13,610 bases of DNA from Chlamydiales bacterium (GCA_047611865.1 JBLFWS010000089.1:1-13610), one strand, 5' to 3'; numbered from the stretch's first letter, positions 1 through 8,398 are shown. A program made the numbers and translations. The notes: generated by a model from the letters alone, not told the origin.

Positions 1-266
1 ATGACGGTGCCGATTATTCCCATGGCTGTTACACGTGAGCCTTTTTGCATGCTGGAACGTTGATCTTCCAAAGCTTTGTGCTTTTGCTGTTCGGGACGAA
101 TCAGAATCAGGTAAAAGAATACTATGCCGATACCCAGCATAATTAGTGTCTGCATCATTCCATGTTCGGGCTCTGGTGGTGGGGGTAAATCACCGCCTTG
201 CGCCGAAAGGCTGGATGCCATAAGAGTTGTGCAAAAGCACAGGAAAAAATAAAAGTATTTGGTCAT
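1..266 (-). CDS. yajC: Preprotein translocase subunit YajC (5' part; runs off the left edge of the window)
   Basis: Not in the ORF track. Manual translation from ATG at 266 gives MTKYFYFFLCFCTTLMASSLSAQGGDLPPPPEPEHGMMQTLIMLGIGIVFFYLILIRPEQQKHKALEDQRSSMQKGSRVTAMGIIGTV, which has the YajC hallmarks FFY-x-I-x-RP-EQ and KG-x-x-V-x-x-x-GI-x-G-x-V. AAGGTG lies upstream of the ATG, and the gene is directly downstream of tgt. Confidence 0.93.
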   Translation of the reverse strand, partial: MTKYFYFFLCFCTTLMASSLSAQGGDLPPPPEPEHGMMQTLIMLGIGIVFFYLILIRPEQQKHKALEDQRSSMQKGSRVTAMGIIGTV

Positions 267-295
267 CAATACACCTTATATTTTTGAAAAGTTGC

Positions 296-1399
296 TTATA
301 CGGGGTATATAGCACATACGCGCTCGTAAAATGCGTCTAAAGTATCATCAGCGATAGATTGCCGCAAGGTACGCATGAAATCAAGATAAAATGCCAGGTT
401 TTGGATCGTTACCAAAGTAAGACCTGTGATCTCATCTACATTGAGAAGGTGGCGGATATAGGCTTTGGAAAATTTGGACGTGTAACAGTCTAATTCCGGA
501 TCGAGAGGTGTGAAGTCTTTTGCATATCTGCCGGCTTTTATATTTATTTTCCCTGCCCATGTGAAGGCTGTGCCGTTGCGGGCATTGCGTGTAGGCATTA
601 CACAGTCGAACATATCTATGCCACGCATAACGGCTTCGATAATATTTCTTGGTGTGCCTACCCCCATGAGGTAGCGCGGCTTGTCTTTCGGGAGGTGTGG
701 CTCAACGGCGTCTATCATGTCATACATTACGGGAGCAGGTTCTCCTACTGAGAGCCCACCAATAGCATATCCCGGGAATCCCATGGAGCTGAGCTCCTGC
801 GCACACTGTTTACGCAATTCTGCATGGGAGCCTCCCTGCACAATGGCAAAAAGATTCTGATGACTTTGCAGTCCTTCTTCTAAACAGATTTTTTCCCATT
901 TCAGGGTGACTTCCATAGAGCGGGCTGCGGTGTCATAATCGCAGGGGAAAGGAGGACACTCATCAAAGGCCATTACAATATCGGAACCTAGAGTCCTTTG
1001 GATAGCCATGCTTTCACGAGGGCCTAAAAAATAGGAGGAGCCATCAATATGAGATTTGAAATGAACACCCTCTGGCGTTACTTTGTTTAGCTTGGAAAGA
1101 GAGAATACCTGAAAGCCTCCAGAATCCGTCAAAAGAGACTTATCCCAGTTCATAAATTTATGCAGGCCTCCTGCGCCTTCTATCACTTCCATCCCTGGAC
1201 GAAGCATTAGGTGATAGGTATTTCCAAGGATGATATCTGCTCCGATATCATCGAGTTGTTGACCTGTGAGAGTTTTCACAGCTCCACGCGTCCCTACCGG
1301 CATAAAAACAGGAGTTTCAATTGTACTGTGCTCTGTCTCCAAGACACCAAGGCGTGCTTTGCTATTGTTGCTGGCAACTTTTGTAATATTGAAACGCAT
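296..1399 (-). CDS. tgt: tRNA-guanine(34) transglycosylase (queuine tRNA-ribosyltransferase)
   Basis: Motifs TPVFMPVGT, ILGNTYHL, LTDSGGFQVFSL, MAFDEC, IVQGG, AIGGLSVGE, PRYLMGVG, DMFDCVMPTRNARNG. The ORF track starts at 1459; I prefer ATG 1399 (MRFNITK), which has AGGA just upstream. ATG 1405 is an alternative. Confidence 0.97.
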   Translation of the reverse strand: MRFNITKVASNNSKARLGVLETEHSTIETPVFMPVGTRGAVKTLTGQQLDDIGADIILGNTYHLMLRPGMEVIEGAGGLHKFMNWDKSLLTDSGGFQVFSLSKLNKVTPEGVHFKSHIDGSSYFLGPRESMAIQRTLGSDIVMAFDECPPFPCDYDTAARSMEVTLKWEKICLEEGLQSHQNLFAIVQGGSHAELRKQCAQELSSMGFPGYAIGGLSVGEPAPVMYDMIDAVEPHLPKDKPRYLMGVGTPRNIIEAVMRGIDMFDCVMPTRNARNGTAFTWAGKINIKAGRYAKDFTPLDPELDCYTSKFSKAYIRHLLNVDEITGLTLVTIQNLAFYLDFMRTLRQSIADDTLDAFYERVCAIYPV

Positions 1400-1482
1400 A
1401 TTCATCCTAAAAAATACAAACAAGTGACAGATTATGAAGCATTTGAGAATGAATTTCAATCACAAAAAGTCCGTGTTAAATT

Positions 1483-2919
1483 TTATTTATTCCTTTCTAG
1501 AACCGCAATATTTTCTACATGAACAGTATGTGGAAACTGATCAACAGGCCTGACAGCCACAAGAGAATATTTTTCTTCTGTGAGCACTTTAATGTTCTCT
1601 GCTTGTGTGGCTGGGTTGCAGGAAATGTAGAGAATTTTATCTGGAGACAGATCCAAAATATTTTTTAGAGCTTCTTCATCAAGACCAACCCTTGGAGGAT
1701 CTACAACTACCAGCTGGGGAGTTTCAAAACCCTCTTCGGCTCTCAGTAGAGTCAAAGTTTTTCCTACATCACCTGTAATCACTTCCATATTATTAATGTG
1801 ATTATCTTTTACATTTTCACGGGCGTCCAATGAGGATTCTGGTGAGAGCTCAATACCCAAAACTCTTTTGGCCTTTCCGGATGCAAGCATTCCTAGAGTT
1901 CCTGTGCCACAATAGAGATCGAAAACTGTTGTGTCTTCAGAGAGTCCCGCCATTTTTAGTGCTAGGGCATAAAAGTTCTCTGCCTGATCCGTGTTTGGCT
2001 GAAAAAAGGATGTGGGACTAACGTTAAACTGCAAGCTTGCCTCATCCATAGAGAGAGTTTCCCTGAGAAACTCAGGCCCGTACAGCTTCCACTCATAGAA
2101 TTTTGTAGGTTGACCCTTCTTGATTTGATGAATCCGTACAAAGATGCTGAGCTTAGGTGGTGATGGCTCCTTTTCCAATGCTTCCCTTAGGCAAGCCACA
2201 AAACTATCAAGAGAATCTTTTGATAACGCATAATCTGGATTTCCAGAGACCGTAAGCATCACGAGGCGATCTCCACTGCGCTTTCCCTCTCGCACCGTCA
2301 AAACTCGCAGACTTCCCTCATCTTTTCTGAAATGGTAGGCAGAGATCTTTGATTCTTCCCACCACTTTTTCACTGCAATCACAGTCTCAGCAAACCAGGG
2401 ATTCACCAGGTGGCACTCTGTAAGGTTAAAAACCTTTCCCCCACCTCCGGCCATCATCAGGCCTAGAAACTTTGTCTGCTTGCCGTTTTCAGAAAAAGAA
2501 AATTCCATCTTATTACGGTATTTCCAAGGCGTTTCACAAGGGATAATGGGCTCTATCTCGACGGATGTATTTTCTAGTAATGGAGCGAATTCTCTTTGGA
2601 CAAAGTCTGCTTTTCTTTCCAGTTGCTTGGAATAGGGGAGGTGCTGCCAACGGCAACCACCACAACTTCCGAAGTGGGCGCATTTAGGCTCAATCCTGTC
2701 TGGAGAGGCTTTTATTACCTCCTTCAAAATACTTGAGTATTTACCCCTTCTCTTGCTCATAAGGAGTGCAAGAACCTTTTCACCAGGAATGGTATGAGGA
2801 ACATCAACAGAATAGCTATCGCCATGTGTATTTTTGTAAGTACCCTGTCCAAAACCCTCTTTTGTCCAGGATTCAATTTCCAGCTCAACTTCTATAGGAG
2901 CTTTTTTTCTTCTTGCCAT
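1483..2919 (-). CDS. rlmD: 23S rRNA (uracil-C5)-methyltransferase, RlmD/TrmA family
   Basis: N-terminal TRAM-like region, 4Fe-4S motif C-x-HFG-x-CGGC, YRNKMEF, SFFQPN, SAM motif DLYCGTG, DPPR-x-G, catalytic YISCNP-x-T, and DQFPHT-x-HVE. The exact target base is not determinable from the sequence. Confidence 0.93.
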   Translation of the reverse strand: MARRKKAPIEVELEIESWTKEGFGQGTYKNTHGDSYSVDVPHTIPGEKVLALLMSKRRGKYSSILKEVIKASPDRIEPKCAHFGSCGGCRWQHLPYSKQLERKADFVQREFAPLLENTSVEIEPIIPCETPWKYRNKMEFSFSENGKQTKFLGLMMAGGGGKVFNLTECHLVNPWFAETVIAVKKWWEESKISAYHFRKDEGSLRVLTVREGKRSGDRLVMLTVSGNPDYALSKDSLDSFVACLREALEKEPSPPKLSIFVRIHQIKKGQPTKFYEWKLYGPEFLRETLSMDEASLQFNVSPTSFFQPNTDQAENFYALALKMAGLSEDTTVFDLYCGTGTLGMLASGKAKRVLGIELSPESSLDARENVKDNHINNMEVITGDVGKTLTLLRAEEGFETPQLVVVDPPRVGLDEEALKNILDLSPDKILYISCNPATQAENIKVLTEEKYSLVAVRPVDQFPHTVHVENIAVLERNK

Positions 2920-2960
2920 TAGATTTAATTTTGTATGGATGTGTCACGGAAAGGTTAATT

Positions 2961-3188
2961 TTATCCGCTTTTATTGAAAGACTGACACTCTGGACATTTG
3001 GTGACATGTTTGATGCTCTCTTCAAGGTATGCCTTGCTACAGTATTCACAAACAAAAAGAGAACGCTCATAAGGGACTATTTTTTTTCTACCTTGAACCA
3101 TATTGTAGTAGATCCACAGTACCAGTAAGACACCAAGAGTTGCCCCCAAGTAAAACATAAAAGCGGTTGAGAGAGAGAGTTTTAGCAT
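2961..3188 (-). CDS. Small hypothetical membrane protein with a C-terminal Cys4 zinc ribbon (CEYC...CPEC)
   Basis: 75 aa, with an N-terminal hydrophobic helix (TAFMFYLGATLGVLLVLWIYY), a basic stretch and two CxxC pairs. GAGG RBS upstream of ATG 3188. It fills the gap between two same-strand genes with 23 and 41 nt spacers. Confidence 0.82.
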   Translation of the reverse strand: MLKLSLSTAFMFYLGATLGVLLVLWIYYNMVQGRKKIVPYERSLFVCEYCSKAYLEESIKHVTKCPECQSFNKSG

Positions 3189-3211
3189 GTTTCCTCATTA
3201 AATAGCAAAGG

Positions 3212-4000
3212 TTAAGGGTGTCCAAGCATCTGGCTGCGAGAGGATAAGCTATCTTCGGCAAAGTTAAAAAGGATTTCTACCTCTCCCTCCGAAACAAAGG
3301 CTTTAGCTTGTCTGTCAAAAAGGAGATTCTTTGCCACTTCCAGGGCAAAGCTATCAATGCTACCTATTCGTGAGGAATGTCGAACGGCAGCCCAAAAGAC
3401 CTCTCCTGTTCTATCATCTACTCGGACTTCCACTTTTACTGAGTGAACGCCAGTGATAACTCTCCTTTGCAGCTCCTTCATCAGAGACTCCATGCCTTCT
3501 GAAGACGCCTCTCGTAAAGCCAGTTCTCCCGAAATACGAATTCTTACAGGAGTATCTAACTGTCCAAAAGAAATCGGCTGAATGAGAGAGAGAAAAGGAA
3601 TTTTTTCTACCTGAGTAAATTGATTTCCTGGATTGGAGAGTTCTTTTTGATTTTTTGTTTGCATCTTCACTTGTACATCGGGCATTTCTGGGAGAAGGGG
3701 AATGGAGGCCTCAGGCTCCAGAACATACCTTGGCAACAGTCCTTGATCATCCACGTACAATGCCGTGAGACTTCCTTTCATTTCTGAAGGTATTCCCATA
3801 TCTGCAGTGGTGATAACAGTAGAATAATGGAGAAGCGCACTAGGCTTCATGGAAGTAATCCCTACAATGGCAAAACCAGCTAAATGCAATGCTATCGCGA
3901 TAAGAAATGCCTTGCCGAATTTTTTATTCAGCAAAGGTTCATTATCTCGCAATCGTATCGCGATTTCTCGATGTGGGGCACCGCGGGTTAACTTCAGCAT
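3212..4000 (-). CDS. TonB/TolA-like energy transducer (N-terminal TM helix with His, Pro-containing linker, TonB_C-like C-terminus)
   Basis: TM segment FGKAFLIAIALHLAGFAIVGI with His at the TonB/TolA-like position, linker PEASIPLLPEMPD, and C-terminal VKVEVRVDDRTGEV...VRHSSRIGSIDSFALEVAK resembling the TonB_C pattern V-x-x-x-G-x-V...SSG-x-x-x-LD-x-AA. It lies 13 nt downstream of exbD. The CDS is confident; the family call is moderately confident. Confidence 0.72.
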   Translation of the reverse strand: MLKLTRGAPHREIAIRLRDNEPLLNKKFGKAFLIAIALHLAGFAIVGITSMKPSALLHYSTVITTADMGIPSEMKGSLTALYVDDQGLLPRYVLEPEASIPLLPEMPDVQVKMQTKNQKELSNPGNQFTQVEKIPFLSLIQPISFGQLDTPVRIRISGELALREASSEGMESLMKELQRRVITGVHSVKVEVRVDDRTGEVFWAAVRHSSRIGSIDSFALEVAKNLLFDRQAKAFVSEGEVEILFNFAEDSLSSRSQMLGHP

Positions 4001-4013
4001 CTCTTTTACGGCC

Positions 4014-4475
4014 TTATCGTCCTACTGTGTCAAAGTACTCTTGCTCATCATCTTCTGACGGTTTGTACACAAGGCGTACTTTCGCACTACACTCTTGTGT
4101 CGTAGAAAACAAACGTAAAAAAGGACCATACTCCACTCTTCGATCAATACTCAGCACAATGGTGGGATCAACACCGGAACGTTGCTTTTTAACAAGAGCG
4201 ATCTCTTCCATCAGGTGTTCTTTCAGTGAAGCTAAATCCACAATATCCTTCTTGGGTCCCAAGTAGATAACATTTTGTGCATCCATGACCACAAGAAGTT
4301 GTGTGGTCATGGGGGGTGAATCTTTGTTTATCTTCGGGTTTTCCACATTAAGTGATTTTAATGGGAGAATATCCGATGTGATAACAAAGAACACCAACAA
4401 GAGGAATATAACATCCACCAGTGGAGTCAGATCAATAAGAGTGTTTGAAGCCCGAAGGTTTGTTTTAAAATTCAT
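4014..4475 (-). CDS. exbD: ExbD/TolR family biopolymer transport protein
   Basis: IDLTPLVDVIFLLLVFF with the essential membrane Asp, and C-terminal IVLSIDRRVEYG matching the ExbD V-x-I-x-AD-x-x-x-x-Y motif. It overlaps the end of exbB by 11 nt. Confidence 0.92.
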   Translation of the reverse strand: MNFKTNLRASNTLIDLTPLVDVIFLLLVFFVITSDILPLKSLNVENPKINKDSPPMTTQLLVVMDAQNVIYLGPKKDIVDLASLKEHLMEEIALVKKQRSGVDPTIVLSIDRRVEYGPFLRLFSTTQECSAKVRLVYKPSEDDEQEYFDTVGR

Positions 4476-5139
4476 ACTCTTCCTGATGACTTACAAGGAG
4501 ATCTACAATTTCTGATGAGGTCGTCTGAATTTCCAGCACAAAGCCTTCGATCCGACTCACTATATAGTTGAATGCCACAACTGTGGGGATAGCCACTACG
4601 AGACCTGCTGCAGTAGTTGTTAGTGCGTACTCCATAGCCTCACCGATTTTCGTCGTTGAGATATCCATAAGACCACTAAGACGCATCTCACTAAAAGCTG
4701 CGATAAATCCCAGAACGGTACCCAACAATCCTATCAAAGGTGTGATATGTGCTATTATTGAAAGGATTTTTGCGTTCTTTTCCAGTTTTGCCACTTCTAT
4801 CAGACCAGCAATTTCCATAGAGTTTTCTATCTGCTGCCTGCCCTTATTATGCTTTAGCAGTCCTGCCTTAACAATATTGGCAATGGTTCCACCGGTGTAT
4901 TCACAGATGTTTACCGCCTCAACAATATTTTTTTCCTTAATCACTTTACGAAGATTGATAATGAACTTATTAGTGTCCACTTCAGACTTTCGCAAGTGAT
5001 AAAGCCTTTCGATAAATACCGTGAAGCTTAAAACAGAACAACCACCAATGATAACAAGTATACTATTCCAGTCAGAAACATTACGAAACAGCTCCATAAA
5101 GCTACCTAATGTTTCCGGGAGAATCTCAGTTAAAGCCAT
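4465..5139 (-). CDS. exbB: MotA/TolQ/ExbB family proton channel protein
   Basis: TPLIGLLGTVLG and ALTTTAAGLVVAIP motifs, and a first TM ending in IERL. The start is uncertain: ATG 5139 (14 nt overlap with the TPR gene) or ATG 5097. The 5187 start in the ORF track looks over-extended. Confidence 0.92.
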   Translation of the reverse strand: MALTEILPETLGSFMELFRNVSDWNSILVIIGGCSVLSFTVFIERLYHLRKSEVDTNKFIINLRKVIKEKNIVEAVNICEYTGGTIANIVKAGLLKHNKGRQQIENSMEIAGLIEVAKLEKNAKILSIIAHITPLIGLLGTVLGFIAAFSEMRLSGLMDISTTKIGEAMEYALTTTAAGLVVAIPTVVAFNYIVSRIEGFVLEIQTTSSEIVDLLVSHQEEYEF

Positions 5140-8100
5140 AGTCTTTTTCCAGTTTTTCTTTCGCTTTATATGCCCAGTCGCCACCAATTTTGGCGGTAGC
5201 TTCCAATTGTTTTATAGCTAGATCATGCCGGCCTTCGAGTTCATAGATCTCAGCCCGCAGGAACATTGATTTTAAGCGTAACGGTGAAACAACATCTTCG
5301 TTGATAACTTTAGAAAGAGTTAACATCGCAGTATTGTAATCTTCCATTTCACGATAACAGTGGCTTTGCTGAACCCAGAGATCCAGTCTCTGCTCGGTAT
5401 TCAGCAACCTACCCCTTGCAGTGTTTTCTGCATGGTTAAAAAATTTCAAAGCCAATTCATGCTCATCTTTCATCATAGCGATACGCCCCTGCTCATACCA
5501 CGCACGGGAGAGGTAGTACCCTCTTCTAACGTTAGCTTTTGAATACTTTTCTAACATCAGAGAAAGAAGTTCTTCAGCACCTGTATATTCTTTTGCTGTT
5601 ATATAGACCCTTACCAAACCATATTCACTCTCTTCAAATATCCTAGGGTAGGGATGCCCTCTCGTGAGGACTCGAGCCAAGGGGTGGTCTGGGTCATGAA
5701 AATCTTTAAGTATTTCCTCGAAAGATTCAGCAGCCCATTCCAGGTATACCTGCTGCTTAGCTCCTTCTACTTCCTCGGCCAGTCGGAGCTTTATAAGAGC
5801 TCTCTCCAATAGGGCACGATAGCGCACGGTTATGAAATACACTAGATCTTCTGAAGGTATAAACCCACGAGCATCTGCTCTGTCAAAAACAGCCTGGGAT
5901 TCTTCAAACGCATGAATGGCTGCACCGTAATCAGCTTTTTTCCAAACCGATCCATCACGACTCTTTCGATTTTGCTTGTGGTTCATCCCTACGAGATAAT
6001 GAGCGACGATGAGATAAGGAGACTGAGGGTACAGCAGTTCCATATTTTGCAAATGGGAAAGAGCTTCCGCATTTCCCTGCATATATTCGGTGAAGCTATA
6101 ATATTTGAAGTACGCCTGGTTCCCGTATTTTGAGTCAGAGTATTTTTCGAATACATTCTTTCTATACTCTCGTACAACTTCAGGTTTCTTACGCTGCCAC
6201 TGTGCACTTTCTCCTGCAAAAAACCAGGCCTCTCCAGCAAATTTTGATTTTGGATAGGTGACAGCAAGACGAGTATAGGCTCTTTCGGCCTTGTCGTATT
6301 CACCTTGTTTAAAATGAATCGTTCCTAAGAGATTCAAGGCATTATCTGCATACTTACCTTTGGGAAAATAATCTACAACTTGAGTAAGAGACTGATTTGC
6401 AATATTTAAGAAATCTTCTAGCTTATCATTAAAAAGGAGGCGAGAAGCTACAATTCCCTGAAGATAGAGGAGCTCATCCCGATTCTTCATCTTGGCAAAA
6501 ATATCACCATGCTCATTAAACAACTTGTTAAACAAGGCATAGGCTTCTAGACGTGATTCTTTATCATCTTTATAGAAGTGAGCCTGTGCAGCATATTTTA
6601 GAGATAATCCAGCGAGAGATTTTTCACTATCCTTAAGCAATTCAAAAGCTTTTTCAAAAGACAAGATAGCCCTGTCAAAGAGAACCCTCACCTCTAAAGA
6701 TTTTCTAGGTTCACGAAGTAGTTTTTGTCCCTGTTGTAAATCGTTGATACCCTTGAAGTACCATCCTTTTCCGTAATAGGGAGTCTTAGCGTAAACATCT
6801 TGCGCCAGCCTATCAAAGATCTCTACTCTTTTGCTATAAGTTCCCGCTGCCTCTCCTCTCAAAAGGATAGCTTCTGCCTCCTGATCAATTGAAGAAAAAG
6901 CTCCCTTGCCTTCCAGCAAGCGACTCGCTTTTAGATGAGATTTTGGATCACCCAACAAACGGGCGCGCAGCATATACAGTCGGGCTAAGCCAATGTATGC
7001 CTGATCGTTATGGTTAAAACTGATCAACTCTTGAAAAGCCGCTTCACCTTTGTCGAACAATGGCGGTAACTTATCTTTATGATCGTGATTGGCCTCACCC
7101 ATCTTCAAATAGCACCAAGCTAAATTATACAACGTATCAGGGTACCACTCGGCAAGGGTTTTGTTTCGTTTCGGTATAGCCTGATGAAACAATGCTGCTG
7201 CTTTCTCATATTGCTTTTTCTGGAAAAATGCTTCAGCACGAAGATACGAAGCTTCGTAACGAAGTGATTCATCGTTGGTGAATATCCCCAGTAGAGGGAA
7301 TAAGACATGTTCCACAGCTTCGTAATCTTGTCGCTGAAGGTAAATACGTGCCAAATAAAGCCTTCCTAGATAGTAAAGCTTTATATTTCCTGTGGCTCCT
7401 GACTGTGCTTTAAAGTATTCCTCAGCTTTTTCGTAGTCTTGTCGCTGAAAATTCATAAGGCCAAGCTGCCACTGAACTTCATTATAAAAAGTCAGGAGTT
7501 TTTTATCATCAAGCTTCAGATATGTGAAGAAAGAAGATATTGCATGCTCTCTTTTTCCCATTTCTTGATAGACAAGACCCAAAAGATAAAATACATTTTT
7601 CTGTGTATCACTAAGGAATCCGCTTTGATTGAGTAGCTCTCTATTCTTTTCTCTTTTCACGTTCGAGGCCAATTTCTCCAAAAGTACGGAGGCATCCCCG
7701 TAGCTTTCCACATGAAAATATGCCTCAGCCAAACGATAACGTACTTGCGTGGGTCTGTCGTCACCTTCACCTACGGTTTCTATAGCTGCTGGAAAAAAAC
7801 GACCATCAATAGCTTCAAGGACTTCCTCAAATAGTGGAACAGACTCTTCAAAAAGAGAAGCCTCTGCCAGCCTTTCTGCATTTCGGAGGAGGTCACCATA
7901 TTTTTTATTCAGTGAATATTCTAAACCTACAAGAAAGGATTTCTCTTCTGAGGGCCATTGCTTTAGAGGAACAAATTGTTCGAGGTTCTTAAGAATTGTG
8001 TAGGCCTCTCCAGAATTTCCTTGGGCATTGCGAAATTGAGCTCTTAAGGCCTCAATACGAATCAGGAATCTTTCATCAGGACCTTCTTTCAACAAAGCCC

Positions 8101-8398
8101 TTAAGCGAGCTTCCGCACTTTGGAAATCCTGAAGCCTGGCTTCTGCGGCTGCCAATCGCAATATCACGTCCATGTAGGTATTGTCGTTGGCGACTTCCTT
8201 TGCTCCCAGCTTTAATAACTTCATATAAGCTACGCGAGCGGCAGGATAGTCCTCTCTAGACATGGCGGCTTCAGCTTTTTCATAAAGCTTTCGCATTTCT
8301 TCTATTGTAGATATTTTCTCTTGTGCGAAACCAAAAGTCGTTACACAGCAGAAGAAAAGCAAGAAATAAACGTAAATTCGAACACTGTCACGAAACAT
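5126..8398 (-). CDS. Large exported tetratricopeptide-repeat (TPR) protein, ~1090 aa, with CpoB/BamD-like repeats
   Basis: Many TPR-like units (e.g. YRLAEAYFHVESYGDA, YLRAEAFFQKKQYEKA, YADNALNLLGTIHFKQGEYDKAERAYTRLAVTYPKSKFAGEA). From ATG 8398 (AAGGT upstream) there is a Sec-type signal peptide MFRDSVRIYVYFLLFFCCVTTFGFA|QE. The ORF track starts at GTG 8443. Confidence 0.88.
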   Translation of the reverse strand: MFRDSVRIYVYFLLFFCCVTTFGFAQEKISTIEEMRKLYEKAEAAMSREDYPAARVAYMKLLKLGAKEVANDNTYMDVILRLAAAEARLQDFQSAEARLRALLKEGPDERFLIRIEALRAQFRNAQGNSGEAYTILKNLEQFVPLKQWPSEEKSFLVGLEYSLNKKYGDLLRNAERLAEASLFEESVPLFEEVLEAIDGRFFPAAIETVGEGDDRPTQVRYRLAEAYFHVESYGDASVLLEKLASNVKREKNRELLNQSGFLSDTQKNVFYLLGLVYQEMGKREHAISSFFTYLKLDDKKLLTFYNEVQWQLGLMNFQRQDYEKAEEYFKAQSGATGNIKLYYLGRLYLARIYLQRQDYEAVEHVLFPLLGIFTNDESLRYEASYLRAEAFFQKKQYEKAAALFHQAIPKRNKTLAEWYPDTLYNLAWCYLKMGEANHDHKDKLPPLFDKGEAAFQELISFNHNDQAYIGLARLYMLRARLLGDPKSHLKASRLLEGKGAFSSIDQEAEAILLRGEAAGTYSKRVEIFDRLAQDVYAKTPYYGKGWYFKGINDLQQGQKLLREPRKSLEVRVLFDRAILSFEKAFELLKDSEKSLAGLSLKYAAQAHFYKDDKESRLEAYALFNKLFNEHGDIFAKMKNRDELLYLQGIVASRLLFNDKLEDFLNIANQSLTQVVDYFPKGKYADNALNLLGTIHFKQGEYDKAERAYTRLAVTYPKSKFAGEAWFFAGESAQWQRKKPEVVREYRKNVFEKYSDSKYGNQAYFKYYSFTEYMQGNAEALSHLQNMELLYPQSPYLIVAHYLVGMNHKQNRKSRDGSVWKKADYGAAIHAFEESQAVFDRADARGFIPSEDLVYFITVRYRALLERALIKLRLAEEVEGAKQQVYLEWAAESFEEILKDFHDPDHPLARVLTRGHPYPRIFEESEYGLVRVYITAKEYTGAEELLSLMLEKYSKANVRRGYYLSRAWYEQGRIAMMKDEHELALKFFNHAENTARGRLLNTEQRLDLWVQQSHCYREMEDYNTAMLTLSKVINEDVVSPLRLKSMFLRAEIYELEGRHDLAIKQLEATAKIGGDWAYKAKEKLEKDYGFN

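Noticed and set aside
1400..1459. N-terminal extension of Tgt in the ORF track (MKFILKCFIICHLFVFFR), superficially signal-like
   Set aside because: Tgt is cytoplasmic, the family similarity begins at MRF, and an AGGA RBS precedes ATG 1399.
1211..8259. Numerous short ORFs antisense to or nested in the minus-strand genes (e.g. 1211-1522, 3907-4266, 4568-4999, 5989-6303, 7996-8259)
   Set aside because: They overlap well-supported genes and have no motifs, as expected for shadow ORFs.
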